NCBI GenBank assembly: GCA_903885795.1
Contig: CAISJV010000029.1
Span: forward strand, 28,960-92,959
Length of the DNA: 64,000 bases
Source of the DNA: an uncultured delta proteobacterium
Lineage (GTDB): Bacteria > Desulfobacterota > Syntrophia > Syntrophales > UBA8958
Direction of reading: 5' to 3'
In this document: piece after piece, positions 47,394 to 56,902 of the stretch
Layout of the letters: each line of letters begins with the position of its first letter
Numbering within the stretch: position 1 is the stretch's first letter
Made by a program: the position numbers and the translations under genes
The notes under the pieces: generated by a model
Told to the model about the DNA's origin: nothing
Database searches by the model: none
Seen by the model: the letters and a program-made list of their open reading frames with translations, nothing else

Positions 47394-48155
47394 TCATCTG
47401 TTCCAGTCGCTACAGTCATTTTTCCCAGCCTCGGTATAGGGTATCCATTCAGCGAAATCTATACCCTTGATGAAAAAACTATCTCTTTTCATACAACGAA
47501 TAACATCCTCCCAAAGAATGATCCCGAATTGATTTCCATGAAGAAATTCATTTTGTAACATCAATGATGATTTAAACATTTTATCAGCACCAAGAGATTG
47601 AAGAAGAAAGAGACTACACTCAATACCTTCTTCTTTTCGAAGTCTTTTGATTAGGTCGGGATACGATGATTTTTGATTCGAATTAAGGTCAGCATCTGTT
47701 TTGACCTTATTCTCTATTAATGTGTATCGGAAGCCTCCGTTCTTAAGGGGAATTCTAAAGACAATATCGGGATTTATTCCTGTGAAATATGGGTCAGAAT
47801 TAATCTTGCTATTTTTCCATAGACCAACCAATCCATTGGGTTCGACAGCAATATTATTCGAAGTTAATCCATCAACGTTGAGCCATGCATCATCTGGCGT
47901 ACGCTCGAACCAAGGCGGCCCTTCATCTTTACAAAACCATGTAGTGACGATCTTATTTGTGGTGTCTGTTGCAGAAAGGTGAAGCAAATACATGCTAAAT
48001 AATGTGGACCAAAAGGATTCTGAACTAGGCAATGGGCCGTCATCTTTTTCAAACAAATATGTGGCATTTAATACTTTCATCATTATATTATCCTTGTAAA
48101 ATTTCTGTATGGATATTTTTCCCTCACCGATGCTATGCGCAACTATCGGTGTCAT
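47394..48155 (-). CDS. Putative PD-(D/E)XK nuclease-fold protein
   Basis: SSES..NPDIVFR..TLIENKV..NQKSSY. Confidence 0.55.
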   Translation of the reverse strand: MTPIVAHSIGEGKISIQKFYKDNIMMKVLNATYLFEKDDGPLPSSESFWSTLFSMYLLHLSATDTTNKIVTTWFCKDEGPPWFERTPDDAWLNVDGLTSNNIAVEPNGLVGLWKNSKINSDPYFTGINPDIVFRIPLKNGGFRYTLIENKVKTDADLNSNQKSSYPDLIKRLRKEEGIECSLFLLQSLGADKMFKSSLMLQNEFLHGNQFGIILWEDVIRCMKRDSFFIKGIDFAEWIPYTEAGKNDCSDWNR

Positions 48156-49282
48156 CCCTTCTTATAAAAAAGCAAAGGATGCTTCATTGATTATGATTTG
48201 AAATAATGTACGTCGGTCAAAACTACAGGATGCTCTCTTTCAGGAAGTTACACGTAACATCGCCACCCCGAAAAATCACCCTTCGAAAATTCAATGTTAC
48301 AAACGGTTATACTCAAAACACAGTAAAGTCCAACGAATTTTTTATCACCGGTTTGCTAACCAGACCCCATATTACCTGACGGGCCGGCAGTAGTTCCCGC
48401 GCTTTACGTTTGTAGCTGCGAGGGGGGGCCAATAAAATAATGCATATAATCAGGCCCGAACGTCAGCCTGAACATGGACAATCGAAGGCCACCTTTGCAG
48501 GAAGTGCGGCGGCAGGATTCTCCGTTGCGCTGGGAACTGGTATGTCTCGTGGACGAAATCCGTTATATCGATGTGCTGACTGCGACGCTTCCGTCTTCAG
48601 AATGAACTCATCCAAGATATGCTGGTGCGGGACACAGCAAAAATTAGTCTTTCCCGACCTATCAGTGCCTGCCGTACTCAATACGGATAGGCTCACCAGA
48701 ACTCATTTCTAACTTCCTCGCTTACGGCTGCGATCCCACACGTGGAGGAGATGTGGGAATCGTCATCAAGCTTTCTTGACATCCCATGACTAAAGATCAG
48801 GCGAAGGATGTCTGGGGATGATGCCAGAAACAATAAAAGAGAATGTTCCGCATGGAAACCACACTCGACACAGCATTCGATATGATTCCCAGACCATGAC
48901 GAATTCCGCAAAATATCCGACTCGCCGTTCTTCCGTCTTAATCATGTTTCTTTCACTTCCTTGTTAAGGTTATGCTAATACTACCAACTGGCAGAGTGAG
49001 GTTTTGTAGGAATCGGAACTTTCGTGAAAATCATACGTTGCTGATAGCAAGCTTAAAAAATTCTCTCATCTTTGAATAATGCATATTCTTACAATTTGGA
49101 CTTCCATCGCGAGGTGCATAGTTCATTGTGGTCAGGGAGAAGTGTGGGAAACGGATAGATGTGCCGTATGGCTGAGCATACTTTCTGCCAGCTGATTAAG
49201 TGTGGGCGGAGAGATGTGCATGGGACGGATAGGCACCGTACCTGGTCCTCCGTCCCCATCTCCTGGGCAGGCGGCAGGCAGA

Positions 49283-49894
49283 TCAAGATTGATTCCCCAA
49301 TGCTTCCTTCTGCTGCTGCTTCCTCTTCTTCTCAGTCAACTCGTCTTTTATCTTGTTGTACTTCTCGCTCTGACGGATCGTCATCTTATACCGGGGCCTT
49401 TGAGGCATCACCTCGTAGCCCTTTTGCCTCTCCGGAGTCTTTTTCCGCACTATACGTTTATACAGTCTCGCCTTTATCCGCTGCATGTCGCGTGTGTACC
49501 GCCCGGCTATACTCTTGTCTTGATTCGTGACATACGCATACTCGTATGCCATTTGTCTCGGCGAAATCTTCATGTCCATGTTAATCAGCCGCGCCTCTGC
49601 CCATTGCTCCATCTTCGAACTCGCATACAGCACCTTCCCCAAATTCCTTAACAATACCTCAGCCTCCTCCTTTTTGTGGAGAGTATTCGCCACTGTTGTC
49701 AGCCAGTGCACCGTCAGCTTAGATTGCGTATTGATGTCCAGGCCAGCTATCTTAGCCATGGCTGATTTCAATAACTGAAAACGATCATGCTCTGCCAGGA
49801 ACATGTGCCTGTTCTCTCCTTTCGGAACGCATAGCCAATCGATAGCCTGTTCGATCCGAGCCAGCATTTTTCTCTTCTCTTCGTCATCTTGCAT
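49283..49894 (-). CDS. Hypothetical basic protein
   Basis: AAGGAGG RBS before ATG 49894; Lys/Arg-rich C-terminal half. Confidence 0.65.
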   Translation of the reverse strand: MQDDEEKRKMLARIEQAIDWLCVPKGENRHMFLAEHDRFQLLKSAMAKIAGLDINTQSKLTVHWLTTVANTLHKKEEAEVLLRNLGKVLYASSKMEQWAEARLINMDMKISPRQMAYEYAYVTNQDKSIAGRYTRDMQRIKARLYKRIVRKKTPERQKGYEVMPQRPRYKMTIRQSEKYNKIKDELTEKKRKQQQKEALGNQS

Positions 49895-50706
49895 TTTTGA
49901 CCTCCTTATTCGTTCTTTATAATGTTGCTTCTTAAAAAGGGGGCGTTCTTGTCGATACATAAGTCAAGTCCCGACCGTCCTCATTGTTTTATTCTGTATT
50001 ACTTCCGTTCTTTTCCCGATCCTGATTCTACCCGGGGTATTCACGGCAAATCGCCGACATCCCGGCGATCCACGGTGGCTACAAACGCAGTGAAGAGGGG
50101 AAAGAATCTTTGCTTCTTATCAGGAGGGACGTTCTTGTCGAAACATAGGTCAGGTGAGACATACACTTCTCGCCTAACATAGCCAGAAAAGGACATCCAC
50201 GGCTTTATGCTTCTCAAAAACAATCCTCATTTATGCCCCTTTTTGACGCCCTGTATATTCTATATTTATCTTCCCATTTCGTGACATTTCCATTTTGGAC
50301 GCAAAAAACCTCTCCCGCCATTGCCATTCTATACCGGCAAACAGGAAAGGAATACGGTTATTCAATCGTCATGCTCTTGGGACACAATAGACATGACACG
50401 CCCTTGGACAATCTTGAGCGTGTCGGAGCAAGGTTTGGGACACCTTAAGACACCCTTTGTTCGTGGCCTACTGAAAATATATCTATCTGAATACTACTTC
50501 CAGGCGGCCTGAAATTCCAGATTATTTCAGAAAAGTTTTAACGACAATATCTGGTCCGTTGACTGATGACTAGGCAATGCCTTGAATCCGGGCAATTTGC
50601 TGTTTGCTATCCATAAAGCCGACTTGAGGGTATTGGTGATCAAGAAAAATAGGTGCCAACCGTGAGCGGATGCCGCTTACGCACCATGCGCCATGCCTGG
50701 CGCACT

Positions 50707-50742
50707 AAAAGAAAAGCCCCTGATGCAAAAGCATCAGGGGCT
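50707..50742 (-). terminator. Intrinsic terminator ending the small-gene array
   Basis: AGCCCCTGATGC/GCATCAGGGGCT 12-bp stem followed by a T-run on the minus strand. Confidence 0.8.
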
Positions 50743-50782
50743 ACATGGTTATCATGGATGCCTATTTCAACATCCTATCCTA

Positions 50783-51190
50783 TCAGATTGGGCGAAAAGC
50801 CCCTCTCTTTTTTAATGCATACCGGTCCATAAAAAACCGGAACTGGTCGATGATGTTTTCTCTCAATCGGTTCATGTAGAGTTGATATTGCTCTTCCCCG
50901 CAATGCGGAGTCTTTTCCCGGTCCGACATCCAGAGGCACTGTTTGACCATATCATCCCGGACATTGGGGACATCGTGGCGTTTGCAGTCCAGCCGACCCT
51001 TGTAGGAATAGCCGTCCTCGTAACAGATGGTATAGAACACCTTGTCGTATCCCTTACCTTCTGCTGGGAATGTGTTCCTCTGCCACTTTAGCCAGGCAGA
51101 CGCCGCTTCCAGATTGGAAAACGTCATTGTGACGCAAAGTATGGTGGGGCCTTCCACTCTGTCGATGGTTACATTTTTAACGGGGATCAT
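50783..51190 (-). CDS. LPD25-like (large polyvalent protein domain) small protein
   Basis: GYDKVFYTI..DG..YKGRLD motif. Confidence 0.5.
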   Translation of the reverse strand: MIPVKNVTIDRVEGPTILCVTMTFSNLEAASAWLKWQRNTFPAEGKGYDKVFYTICYEDGYSYKGRLDCKRHDVPNVRDDMVKQCLWMSDREKTPHCGEEQYQLYMNRLRENIIDQFRFFMDRYALKKRGAFRPI

Positions 51191-51316
51191 ATCTTTACAT
51201 CCTCAAGTTTATCAAACTCAACCCATTGGGTATTCCAGACCATTCCGTTTTCGTCTGGAACGCCTACCTTGGCACATTTGCTCAAGAGGTTTCTGTCTTG
51301 AACCCACATGAATCTG

Positions 51317-51655
51317 CTATCTCCTTTTACTTTTACCGCATTTCCAACTCGGTATCATGTTACGCTCCAACTCATTCTGGGGAGGGTGCTCTGACTTTAC
51401 GTCGAGTACTCCGTTCACGATATCCGTCGCAAACAGAAAGTCCCCAAGGATGGGAATCATGTAGAATCCTACGTTCCGGAATACCGTCCCTTGCGAAGTG
51501 ACCTGTACGCGTGAGGATTCTCTTGCCTCGTCGTTGCTTAAATTCGCCTTATTTGTGGTGGCGCATCCGACTGTCAGAAGCATCAGCCAGCAAATCAGCC
51601 ATACCAGTGCTGCTCTATTTATACTCTTCATTGCTGCACATCCTTTCAATTCCAA
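51317..51655 (-). CDS. Putative lipoprotein
   Basis: Hydrophobic signal ending in a TVGC lipobox. Confidence 0.5.
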   Translation of the reverse strand: MELKGCAAMKSINRAALVWLICWLMLLTVGCATTNKANLSNDEARESSRVQVTSQGTVFRNVGFYMIPILGDFLFATDIVNGVLDVKSEHPPQNELERNMIPSWKCGKSKRR

Positions 51656-51671
51656 TAAGTCTCGATTACCT

Positions 51672-51706
51672 AAAAAAAAGGGGAAGGTTTAATCCTTCCC
51701 CTTTTT
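51672..51706. terminator. Bidirectional intrinsic terminator
   Basis: AAAAAAAAGGGGAAGG-TTTAAT-CCTTCCCCTTTTT. Confidence 0.8.
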
Positions 51707-51837
51707 AACTGTGAATTTCAGTTCCATGCCTCATAATCCTTAAAACTTGTTGTCACTACAGATAACCTCCGTTTGGTAATGTCTCATTCCTTCTGCCAAA
51801 CGCTCAATCGTATCAGGATCGGTCGGCGGCACTATTT

Positions 51838-52236
51838 TTAACGGGTATCATCCTGCACTTTCCTTTCGATAGTAGCAGTTTCTTCCCAAAAGGAAGTAGT
51901 TACTTTGCCCGAAGGATAAGCAATCATCTGACAGGCTGACAGTGGAAATACGCACTTCTCGGCGCCAATCATCTGTAAGATGAACGGTTCCGCCAGATAC
52001 ATAGAAATCTGCTCAAGGAATTCCTCCGTGAGAATCTCGCTGTCATCATCGTCCCTCTCCTTGTCTTTGCTTCGGACGTCAAGCCAGTCGTAACCGTAAA
52101 TCTGAAGCTGACCACCCTCAATAGCGACCGTTACGTCACCATAGAGGAAACAATCCAGAATGGATTGAATGTCCGCTTCTTTGCCTGGTATGACCTGTGC
52201 TCCGTTTGACGCTGTGATTGCGTTGAAATTAGCCAT
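51838..52236 (-). CDS. Hypothetical mobile-element protein
   Basis: GGAGG RBS; IGAEKCVFPL motif. Confidence 0.65.
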   Translation of the reverse strand: MANFNAITASNGAQVIPGKEADIQSILDCFLYGDVTVAIEGGQLQIYGYDWLDVRSKDKERDDDDSEILTEEFLEQISMYLAEPFILQMIGAEKCVFPLSACQMIAYPSGKVTTSFWEETATIERKVQDDTR

Positions 52237-52522
52237 TTGCGGCACCTCCATTCTGGGCAGGCTTCACATTTGTAAAGGTGTACTCGATGGTATCGCCTTC
52301 GATCCGGCACTGCGTGGTAGATACTTCGTTGTCCTCGTCCTCCATTTCCAACAAATCGATTACCTTCATCGGCTCATCGTTATTGGGATCCTGCATGCAG
52401 ATCACCTCGAAAATCAAGGCTTCGGACCCCGGATCGCGCTGAGTCTGCAAAGCTTCCTTCGCAGCAGCAACAGCATTTTCGGCGTCAATGTCTATCGTCC
52501 AGCAGACTCGGTATGTCTTCAT
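52229..52522 (-). CDS. Hypothetical acidic mobile-element protein
   Basis: GGAGG RBS; YRVCWTIDIDAENAVAAA motif. Confidence 0.65.
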   Translation of the reverse strand: MKTYRVCWTIDIDAENAVAAAKEALQTQRDPGSEALIFEVICMQDPNNDEPMKVIDLLEMEDEDNEVSTTQCRIEGDTIEYTFTNVKPAQNGGAANG

Positions 52523-52980
52523 GCTGCACCTCCGACTTGGACCTGCCTGAAACAATCGTCAATGTATTCAGGATCGATGTCAGCATCGAAGTTCCGCACG
52601 AAGCAATCGCTGCCGTTAATCTTGGAAATCTCGTCGTCGGTGCCGCCTTCAATGTCGAAGTCCAAAATCAACACGTCAACCGGACCATCTGAGGAAACAC
52701 CTGTAACCAAGCCGCCTTCGACTCCAATCTGGATTCTGACGCGGTTCACCATGTAGCCACCGAATTCAATCGGATACTCCTTATCGCAAGCATCGCATTT
52801 GTATCCAGTAACATAAGGAGTCTCATCTTCGAAATTGATCAGATCTGATGTCTCATAATTGCAAGTCGCATTTCTATCGTTGTCTTCCGTAATTACTATC
52901 CCGGACTGCCTTGTTGCGCACATCGCAAATTCCGTGAACTTTGTGTGCCCGCATTCGCAGGCCTTAATCTTCGCCTTCAT
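52519..52980 (-). CDS. Zinc-ribbon-containing acidic protein
   Basis: CECG and CDAC pairs; VEGGLV..VLILDFD; AAGGAGG RBS. Confidence 0.6.
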   Translation of the reverse strand: MKAKIKACECGHTKFTEFAMCATRQSGIVITEDNDRNATCNYETSDLINFEDETPYVTGYKCDACDKEYPIEFGGYMVNRVRIQIGVEGGLVTGVSSDGPVDVLILDFDIEGGTDDEISKINGSDCFVRNFDADIDPEYIDDCFRQVQVGGAA

Positions 52981-53207
52981 GTTGTAACCTCCTTCTCCCA
53001 AGTGGTAGTATCGGGATTCATCTCTTCCTCCCGTTTCATATTCCATATTTTGCAGCTTCTTCTGCTGTTAGCCCGAGTTTTCCTCGTTTTCAGCACTTCC
53101 CATAGACAGCAACGAAGTAAGGGTTTTTCATGCTTAAATCCTCAATTGTTGCAGCCCAAGAAATTTTGTGGCCATATTAACAGTTTATCGGTTTCGGAAA
53201 GCCCATA

Positions 53208-53540
53208 TCATGGTCTCCTACCTTCCTGATCATTCCCCTCGGCCTTGGCGATTGCGGATCGTATTTGTGTGAGTAATGGATTTTCTATCATTTCTCCGCT
53301 CGTTCCCTCTGTTCCGTCACTATCTTCCAGTATTTCGGAAAGACAATCACATGCAGCCCGGCACGCTAAAAACAGATCCGGCGCTGCCGCAATTAAATGG
53401 GCGTTCGCCTTCTGCTCATCTCCTGAATGAAAAAGATCGTTTACAATAGGTGCCCCGCCGTTTGGCCTGTCCTCATATATCCGCCATTGCCGGTCATACC
53501 TACTAAGGTCAGCTCTCCAATTTCCCGGTGTGTGTTTCAT
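53208..53540 (-). CDS. Phage/plasmid hypothetical protein
   Basis: MKHTPGNW..ANAHLIAAAPDL, a motif common in phage early genes. Confidence 0.7.
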   Translation of the reverse strand: MKHTPGNWRADLSRYDRQWRIYEDRPNGGAPIVNDLFHSGDEQKANAHLIAAAPDLFLACRAACDCLSEILEDSDGTEGTSGEMIENPLLTQIRSAIAKAEGNDQEGRRP

Positions 53541-53812
53541 GTTACAGTCTCCTTTGCGATTCTGGTCAATTCTTCGATAACTTCCTGAAGATGGCCCCTG
53601 GGGATGTCAATAAAACAGTTCGTTGCATTACCCTTGGAATTGAACGGGAAAATTGTAACGATATGCTTGTAGTCGTTTATTTTCATGCCATGGCAATAAG
53701 ACATTCCATTTCTGCCCATGGCGCTGCCAGTTACCTTGCTTGTATCAAACATGATTTCCTTCAAGTCATAACCTCCTTCTCCAATGGTAATATTTTCATT
53801 CCTGCCAGACAA
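53537..53812 (-). CDS. Hypothetical protein
   Basis: Overlaps both neighbours; start uncertain. Confidence 0.5.
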   Translation of the reverse strand: MSGRNENITIGEGGYDLKEIMFDTSKVTGSAMGRNGMSYCHGMKINDYKHIVTIFPFNSKGNATNCFIDIPRGHLQEVIEELTRIAKETVT

Positions 53813-53991
53813 CTAATCGCATCGCGATCGGTTGTCTTAGGCAATGCACCTTTAATCTTAATCCATACCGTGTCCAAACAACCTTCCAGGTACGGTGGCA
53901 TGCACGTAATCGTTTGTCCGCACCGAAAAGTCATTTGGAAGTGCCTCATTCCCCCATGCTCAAACCCATTATAAAACTTGGCGTAATTCAT
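53761..53991 (-). CDS. Hypothetical protein
   Basis: AAAGGAG RBS. Confidence 0.55.
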   Translation of the reverse strand: MNYAKFYNGFEHGGMRHFQMTFRCGQTITCMPPYLEGCLDTVWIKIKGALPKTTDRDAISCLAGMKILPLEKEVMT

Positions 53992-54006
53992 GGCTGTTCT
54001 CCTTTC

Positions 54007-54786
54007 TCAGGGTAAATAAAGATTCATGTCAGCATCGCACTCCGAGCAATAAGGGGTGCCGCACTCGGCTATGTGCCTGAAACTGATTTGGTAAACCTTC
54101 TCGCTGCATATCGGACAGATCCAGGTGCTCAGGGCCGGGTCGATCAAATGCCCTTCCGCGTCGCGCGCTTGCGGCGGTGTGAATGTCCGGCTGTTTTCCG
54201 GATCATGCTTCGACGCACCGACTACGGCGCAACAAGTCCGCTCAGGCCAGTAATTGCAACCGTCAGGGCCGACTTCGGTCATTATGTCACGAAGCTGATT
54301 CAACCACTCGTTACCGTCATCTTCGTACTCCCTGGCATTGTCAATTCTGTAATTGACCTTCGCTTCCAATGCATAGTAAATCTCGATCCAGTCTTCCTTG
54401 GTCAGCGTTCTTCGCCCTCCAACAATACCGAGAACGCTATTTTTCTCTTCCGCCTTGGATTCATTCTTTTTCTCGAACTCTTCTTCAGTCCGAGTCTGGA
54501 TTTCCTCCTCCACGTTGTCTTTCCCATCATCATGCTTCTCGGCGGTGTAATGATTGTATGCCACGCGATCGTACGTATAGAATTCAATACCGCAAGCGTC
54601 GCAGAGATGTCGCAGATCGGCCAGCATGTCCGTGATGCAAGCCCCCGTATCCTCCACATCCTCGTAGCCGGCGCGCAAGGCGCGTTTGGCATTGATGAGG
54701 CGGTAGAGTATGGGGTTTTCGTCCGGTAGATTCTCTGGAGTTTCCCCAAGTTTGTAATCTGGGATTTCTTCGATGTTCATTGTCAA
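54007..54786 (-). CDS. Hypothetical acidic protein with a C-terminal zinc ribbon
   Basis: ITDMLADLRHLCD motif; CPIC..CSEC. Confidence 0.7.
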   Translation of the reverse strand: MTMNIEEIPDYKLGETPENLPDENPILYRLINAKRALRAGYEDVEDTGACITDMLADLRHLCDACGIEFYTYDRVAYNHYTAEKHDDGKDNVEEEIQTRTEEEFEKKNESKAEEKNSVLGIVGGRRTLTKEDWIEIYYALEAKVNYRIDNAREYEDDGNEWLNQLRDIMTEVGPDGCNYWPERTCCAVVGASKHDPENSRTFTPPQARDAEGHLIDPALSTWICPICSEKVYQISFRHIAECGTPYCSECDADMNLYLP

Positions 54787-54818
54787 CGTCCTTTCTCCTT
54801 TTCAGGTAATGTTAACTC

Positions 54819-54880
54819 TACGCCTGTGAACACAACCCGAGGGTTGTTAAAGCCTCCCGCAGGATGACGTTCAGGGCGTA
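54819..54880. repeat. Structured three-way-junction repeat, copy A
   Basis: TACGCC-TG-TGAAC-A-CAACC cgag GGTTG-TTAAA-GCC TCC cgca GGA T GAC-GTTCA-G-GGCGTA. Confidence 0.8.
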
Positions 54881-54914
54881 AATAGTGTCCGGTACTTCAA
54901 TCGAAACCGATCGA

Positions 54915-55014
54915 AGGACGTAAAAAAGCCGCACCTGTCCCGTTGTCTTACGGAGCAGCCATGCGGCTATGTTCGTGACCTACTAAAAATACTAACTGTC
55001 TATATACTACTTCC
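54915..55014 (-). promoter_or_regulatory. ~100 bp promoter/attenuator-like repeat, copy 1
   Basis: Near-identical to 61527-61629; nested hairpin followed by T6 on the minus strand. Confidence 0.7.
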
Positions 55015-55051
55015 GAAGAGGAGCTTTTAATTCGACAATCGGATTTTGGGC

Positions 55052-55087
55052 AAAAAAAGGGGGGAAGGCATAAGCCTCCACCCCTTT
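55052..55087 (-). terminator. Intrinsic terminator
   Basis: AAAGGGGTGGAGGC-TTAT-GCCTTCCCCCCTTTTTTT on the minus strand. Confidence 0.7.
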
Positions 55088-55119
55088 CCCCAACGTCCGG
55101 GGTGCTACCCATTTATCTC

Positions 55120-55181
55120 TGCACCTGTGAACACAACCCGAGGGTTGCTAAAACCTCCCGCAGGAGTATGTTAAGAGTGCA
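55120..55181. repeat. Structured three-way-junction repeat, copy B
   Basis: TGCAC-CTGTGAACA-CAACC cgag GGTTG-CTAAAAC-CTCC cgca GGAG-TATGTTAAGA-GTGCA. Confidence 0.75.
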
Positions 55182-55185
55182 AGTG

Positions 55186-55407
55186 TTAATACGGCTTGCA
55201 AGCTTGGATAGCCTGTTTACACTGAGCATCATCAAGCATTTCAATATACTTAAATTCCTTGGGAATGTTCATTATTTTGCCGAGCCAGGCATAGCCCATG
55301 CTTCGAACTTCCGCTTTTGAAATCCCCTGTGTCATCTTTCGACTCCAAAGGTTATCGAAATACTTATGCGTTTCCTTTTTCAGCTTCCGCAATTCAGCAT
55401 TAGCCAA
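55186..55407 (-). CDS. C-terminal half of a DUF3268 (zinc-finger family) protein
   Basis: ANAELRKLKKETHKYFDNLW..RSMGYAWLGKIMNI; the N-terminal Cys motifs are absent. Confidence 0.6.
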   Translation of the reverse strand: MANAELRKLKKETHKYFDNLWSRKMTQGISKAEVRSMGYAWLGKIMNIPKEFKYIEMLDDAQCKQAIQACKPY

Positions 55408-55412
55408 TCTGC

Positions 55413-56261
55413 CTAATTGCCGGGTTTGAGGCGATTTCCGCCTGCGATACTGTTAAGTTTTGCCAAAAGATCCTGCCTCTTGAATTCGATGTGCAGGGTT
55501 CCGGCTTTAAACCACTTCAAGTGAAAATAATCCGTCTCCGTTTCCCACTGATTGTTTCGACATGCTTCCGTAAGGGCAGTAATGATGTCGCCAGGCCACT
55601 TAATCGGGCCTTTACCATCCATTAGGTGAAAAGCATTGTCGAGAGATCGAAGTTCTGCCTCGTAGGAGCTGCTTACCCTACACCCACTGTGATAACTGTC
55701 CATGACTCTTTCCCTTACAGCTTTTCGACCAACCTCATACTGAGTATTGGTTTTATGCCGGGACCTGTGCGGGCGTAAAAATTCAAACGCTTCGGTGATG
55801 GCCTCTTTGGCTAGATTTCCAACATTTGGCATCATGTCCTCGATGGTTCCAATAGCATTAGCCATTGTTACATCGGGAAGATCTCCGTTTTTGAGTTGGG
55901 CATCGAGCTCCGTGCGGCGGGCCACAGACATAAGGTTGTAAAATTCGCACTTCAGGAAAATATATTTCCAAAAGCACTGCTTTAACTTCCTAAGAGATGT
56001 TGCAAGAGTGGTGGGTGACAATATTTCCATTGAAATCACATAAGCAGGCCCGACGACTGATACCGTTCTCTCCTCGGCGTTTTTTAACAACCGAAACCCC
56101 TCTTCTGTTTCCGCCTTAGCCTTCTCGTAATTTTCTACGAGGGTGGGAAGGGTAAGATATTTGGTGATGTCGGTGGCTGTTTTGGCTTCCGTGTCTGCGG
56201 CTGCCATCTGTTGGAAATTCTGCTCAATTTGAGCGAAGAACAGGTCTGATTCTTTGTTCAT
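55413..56261 (-). CDS. Stand-alone DUF4942-domain protein
   Basis: FWKYIF, HKTN..VGRK, LDNAFHLMDGK, ETDYFHLKWFKAGTLHIEFKRQDLLAKLN. Confidence 0.75.
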   Translation of the reverse strand: MNKESDLFFAQIEQNFQQMAAADTEAKTATDITKYLTLPTLVENYEKAKAETEEGFRLLKNAEERTVSVVGPAYVISMEILSPTTLATSLRKLKQCFWKYIFLKCEFYNLMSVARRTELDAQLKNGDLPDVTMANAIGTIEDMMPNVGNLAKEAITEAFEFLRPHRSRHKTNTQYEVGRKAVRERVMDSYHSGCRVSSSYEAELRSLDNAFHLMDGKGPIKWPGDIITALTEACRNNQWETETDYFHLKWFKAGTLHIEFKRQDLLAKLNSIAGGNRLKPGN

Positions 56262-56335
56262 GTGGTCTTTGTCTCCTTTTTCTTGTCGCCCTATGCTGCA
56301 AGGGTGAGGTGGCCAGAAGATTGGTTAATGTTAAA

Positions 56336-56400
56336 TAGCGACTGTGGACACATTCGCGAGGAATGCTAAAGTCTCCCGCAGGATGACGTCCATGGCGTAA
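56336..56400. repeat. Structured three-way-junction repeat, copy C
   Basis: CTG-TGGAC-A-CATTC gcgag GAATG-CTAAA-GTC TCC cgca GGA T GAC-GTCCA. Confidence 0.8.
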
Positions 56401-56426
56401 AATCGGTTCGTGTTCAGGGATTCGGG

Positions 56427-56849
56427 TTAGGCGATAAAAAACGTGCCTCTGTCTTGACGATATGTTGCGAAAGAATCATGAGTAAACGTTTTGGCGATGT
56501 AACCCTCTCCATAGAATTCATTCATGCTACTGATCTCGGCGTTGTAATGCTCTTCGTCGGGACAAACGACAATCATTTCGTCTCCTTCCAGATAGCTAAC
56601 AATTGTCAGCTTTGCTTTGTTGCACCAAATGCCAAAGTAGGAAGCATCTTGGTTTGTGTCGTATTGTTCCCATCCTTCTTCGGAAGTACAAATATCGAAA
56701 TCATACTTGTATCGATTTCCGAAAGCAGAAGAACGGTTTACAATTTGGTTCCCCCGTTCATTTGTTCTTGTAGCCATTTTTTTCTCCTTTGATCCGCCTG
56801 CCCAGATTTGATGTACACACTCCGAAATACAACATCTCTCTTCCGGCAA
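56427..56849 (-). CDS. Plasmid-type hypothetical protein
   Basis: RYKYDF..GWEQYDTNQDASYFGIW..YLEGD; likely start is MATRT after AAAGGAG. Confidence 0.7.
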   Translation of the reverse strand: MPEERCCISECVHQIWAGGSKEKKMATRTNERGNQIVNRSSAFGNRYKYDFDICTSEEGWEQYDTNQDASYFGIWCNKAKLTIVSYLEGDEMIVVCPDEEHYNAEISSMNEFYGEGYIAKTFTHDSFATYRQDRGTFFIA

Positions 56850-56902
56850 AATCCAAGATTTTGCCTATTGCGCACATTATCCGCGCCAGGACCTTTTTCA
56901 TT

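Noticed and set aside
48200-49280. Replication origin, oriT, or real genes at 48463-48911
   Set aside because: No iterons or nic-like site recognised; the ORFs lack motifs and convincing RBSs.
50176-50184. AACATAGCC as an antisense seed against the duplicated leader
   Set aside because: A single 9-nt match is compatible with chance.
54805-54811. CATTACCTG as the loop-B strand of a hairpin ribozyme
   Set aside because: The partner AGAA and AGAAACA strands are not present in the required arrangement.
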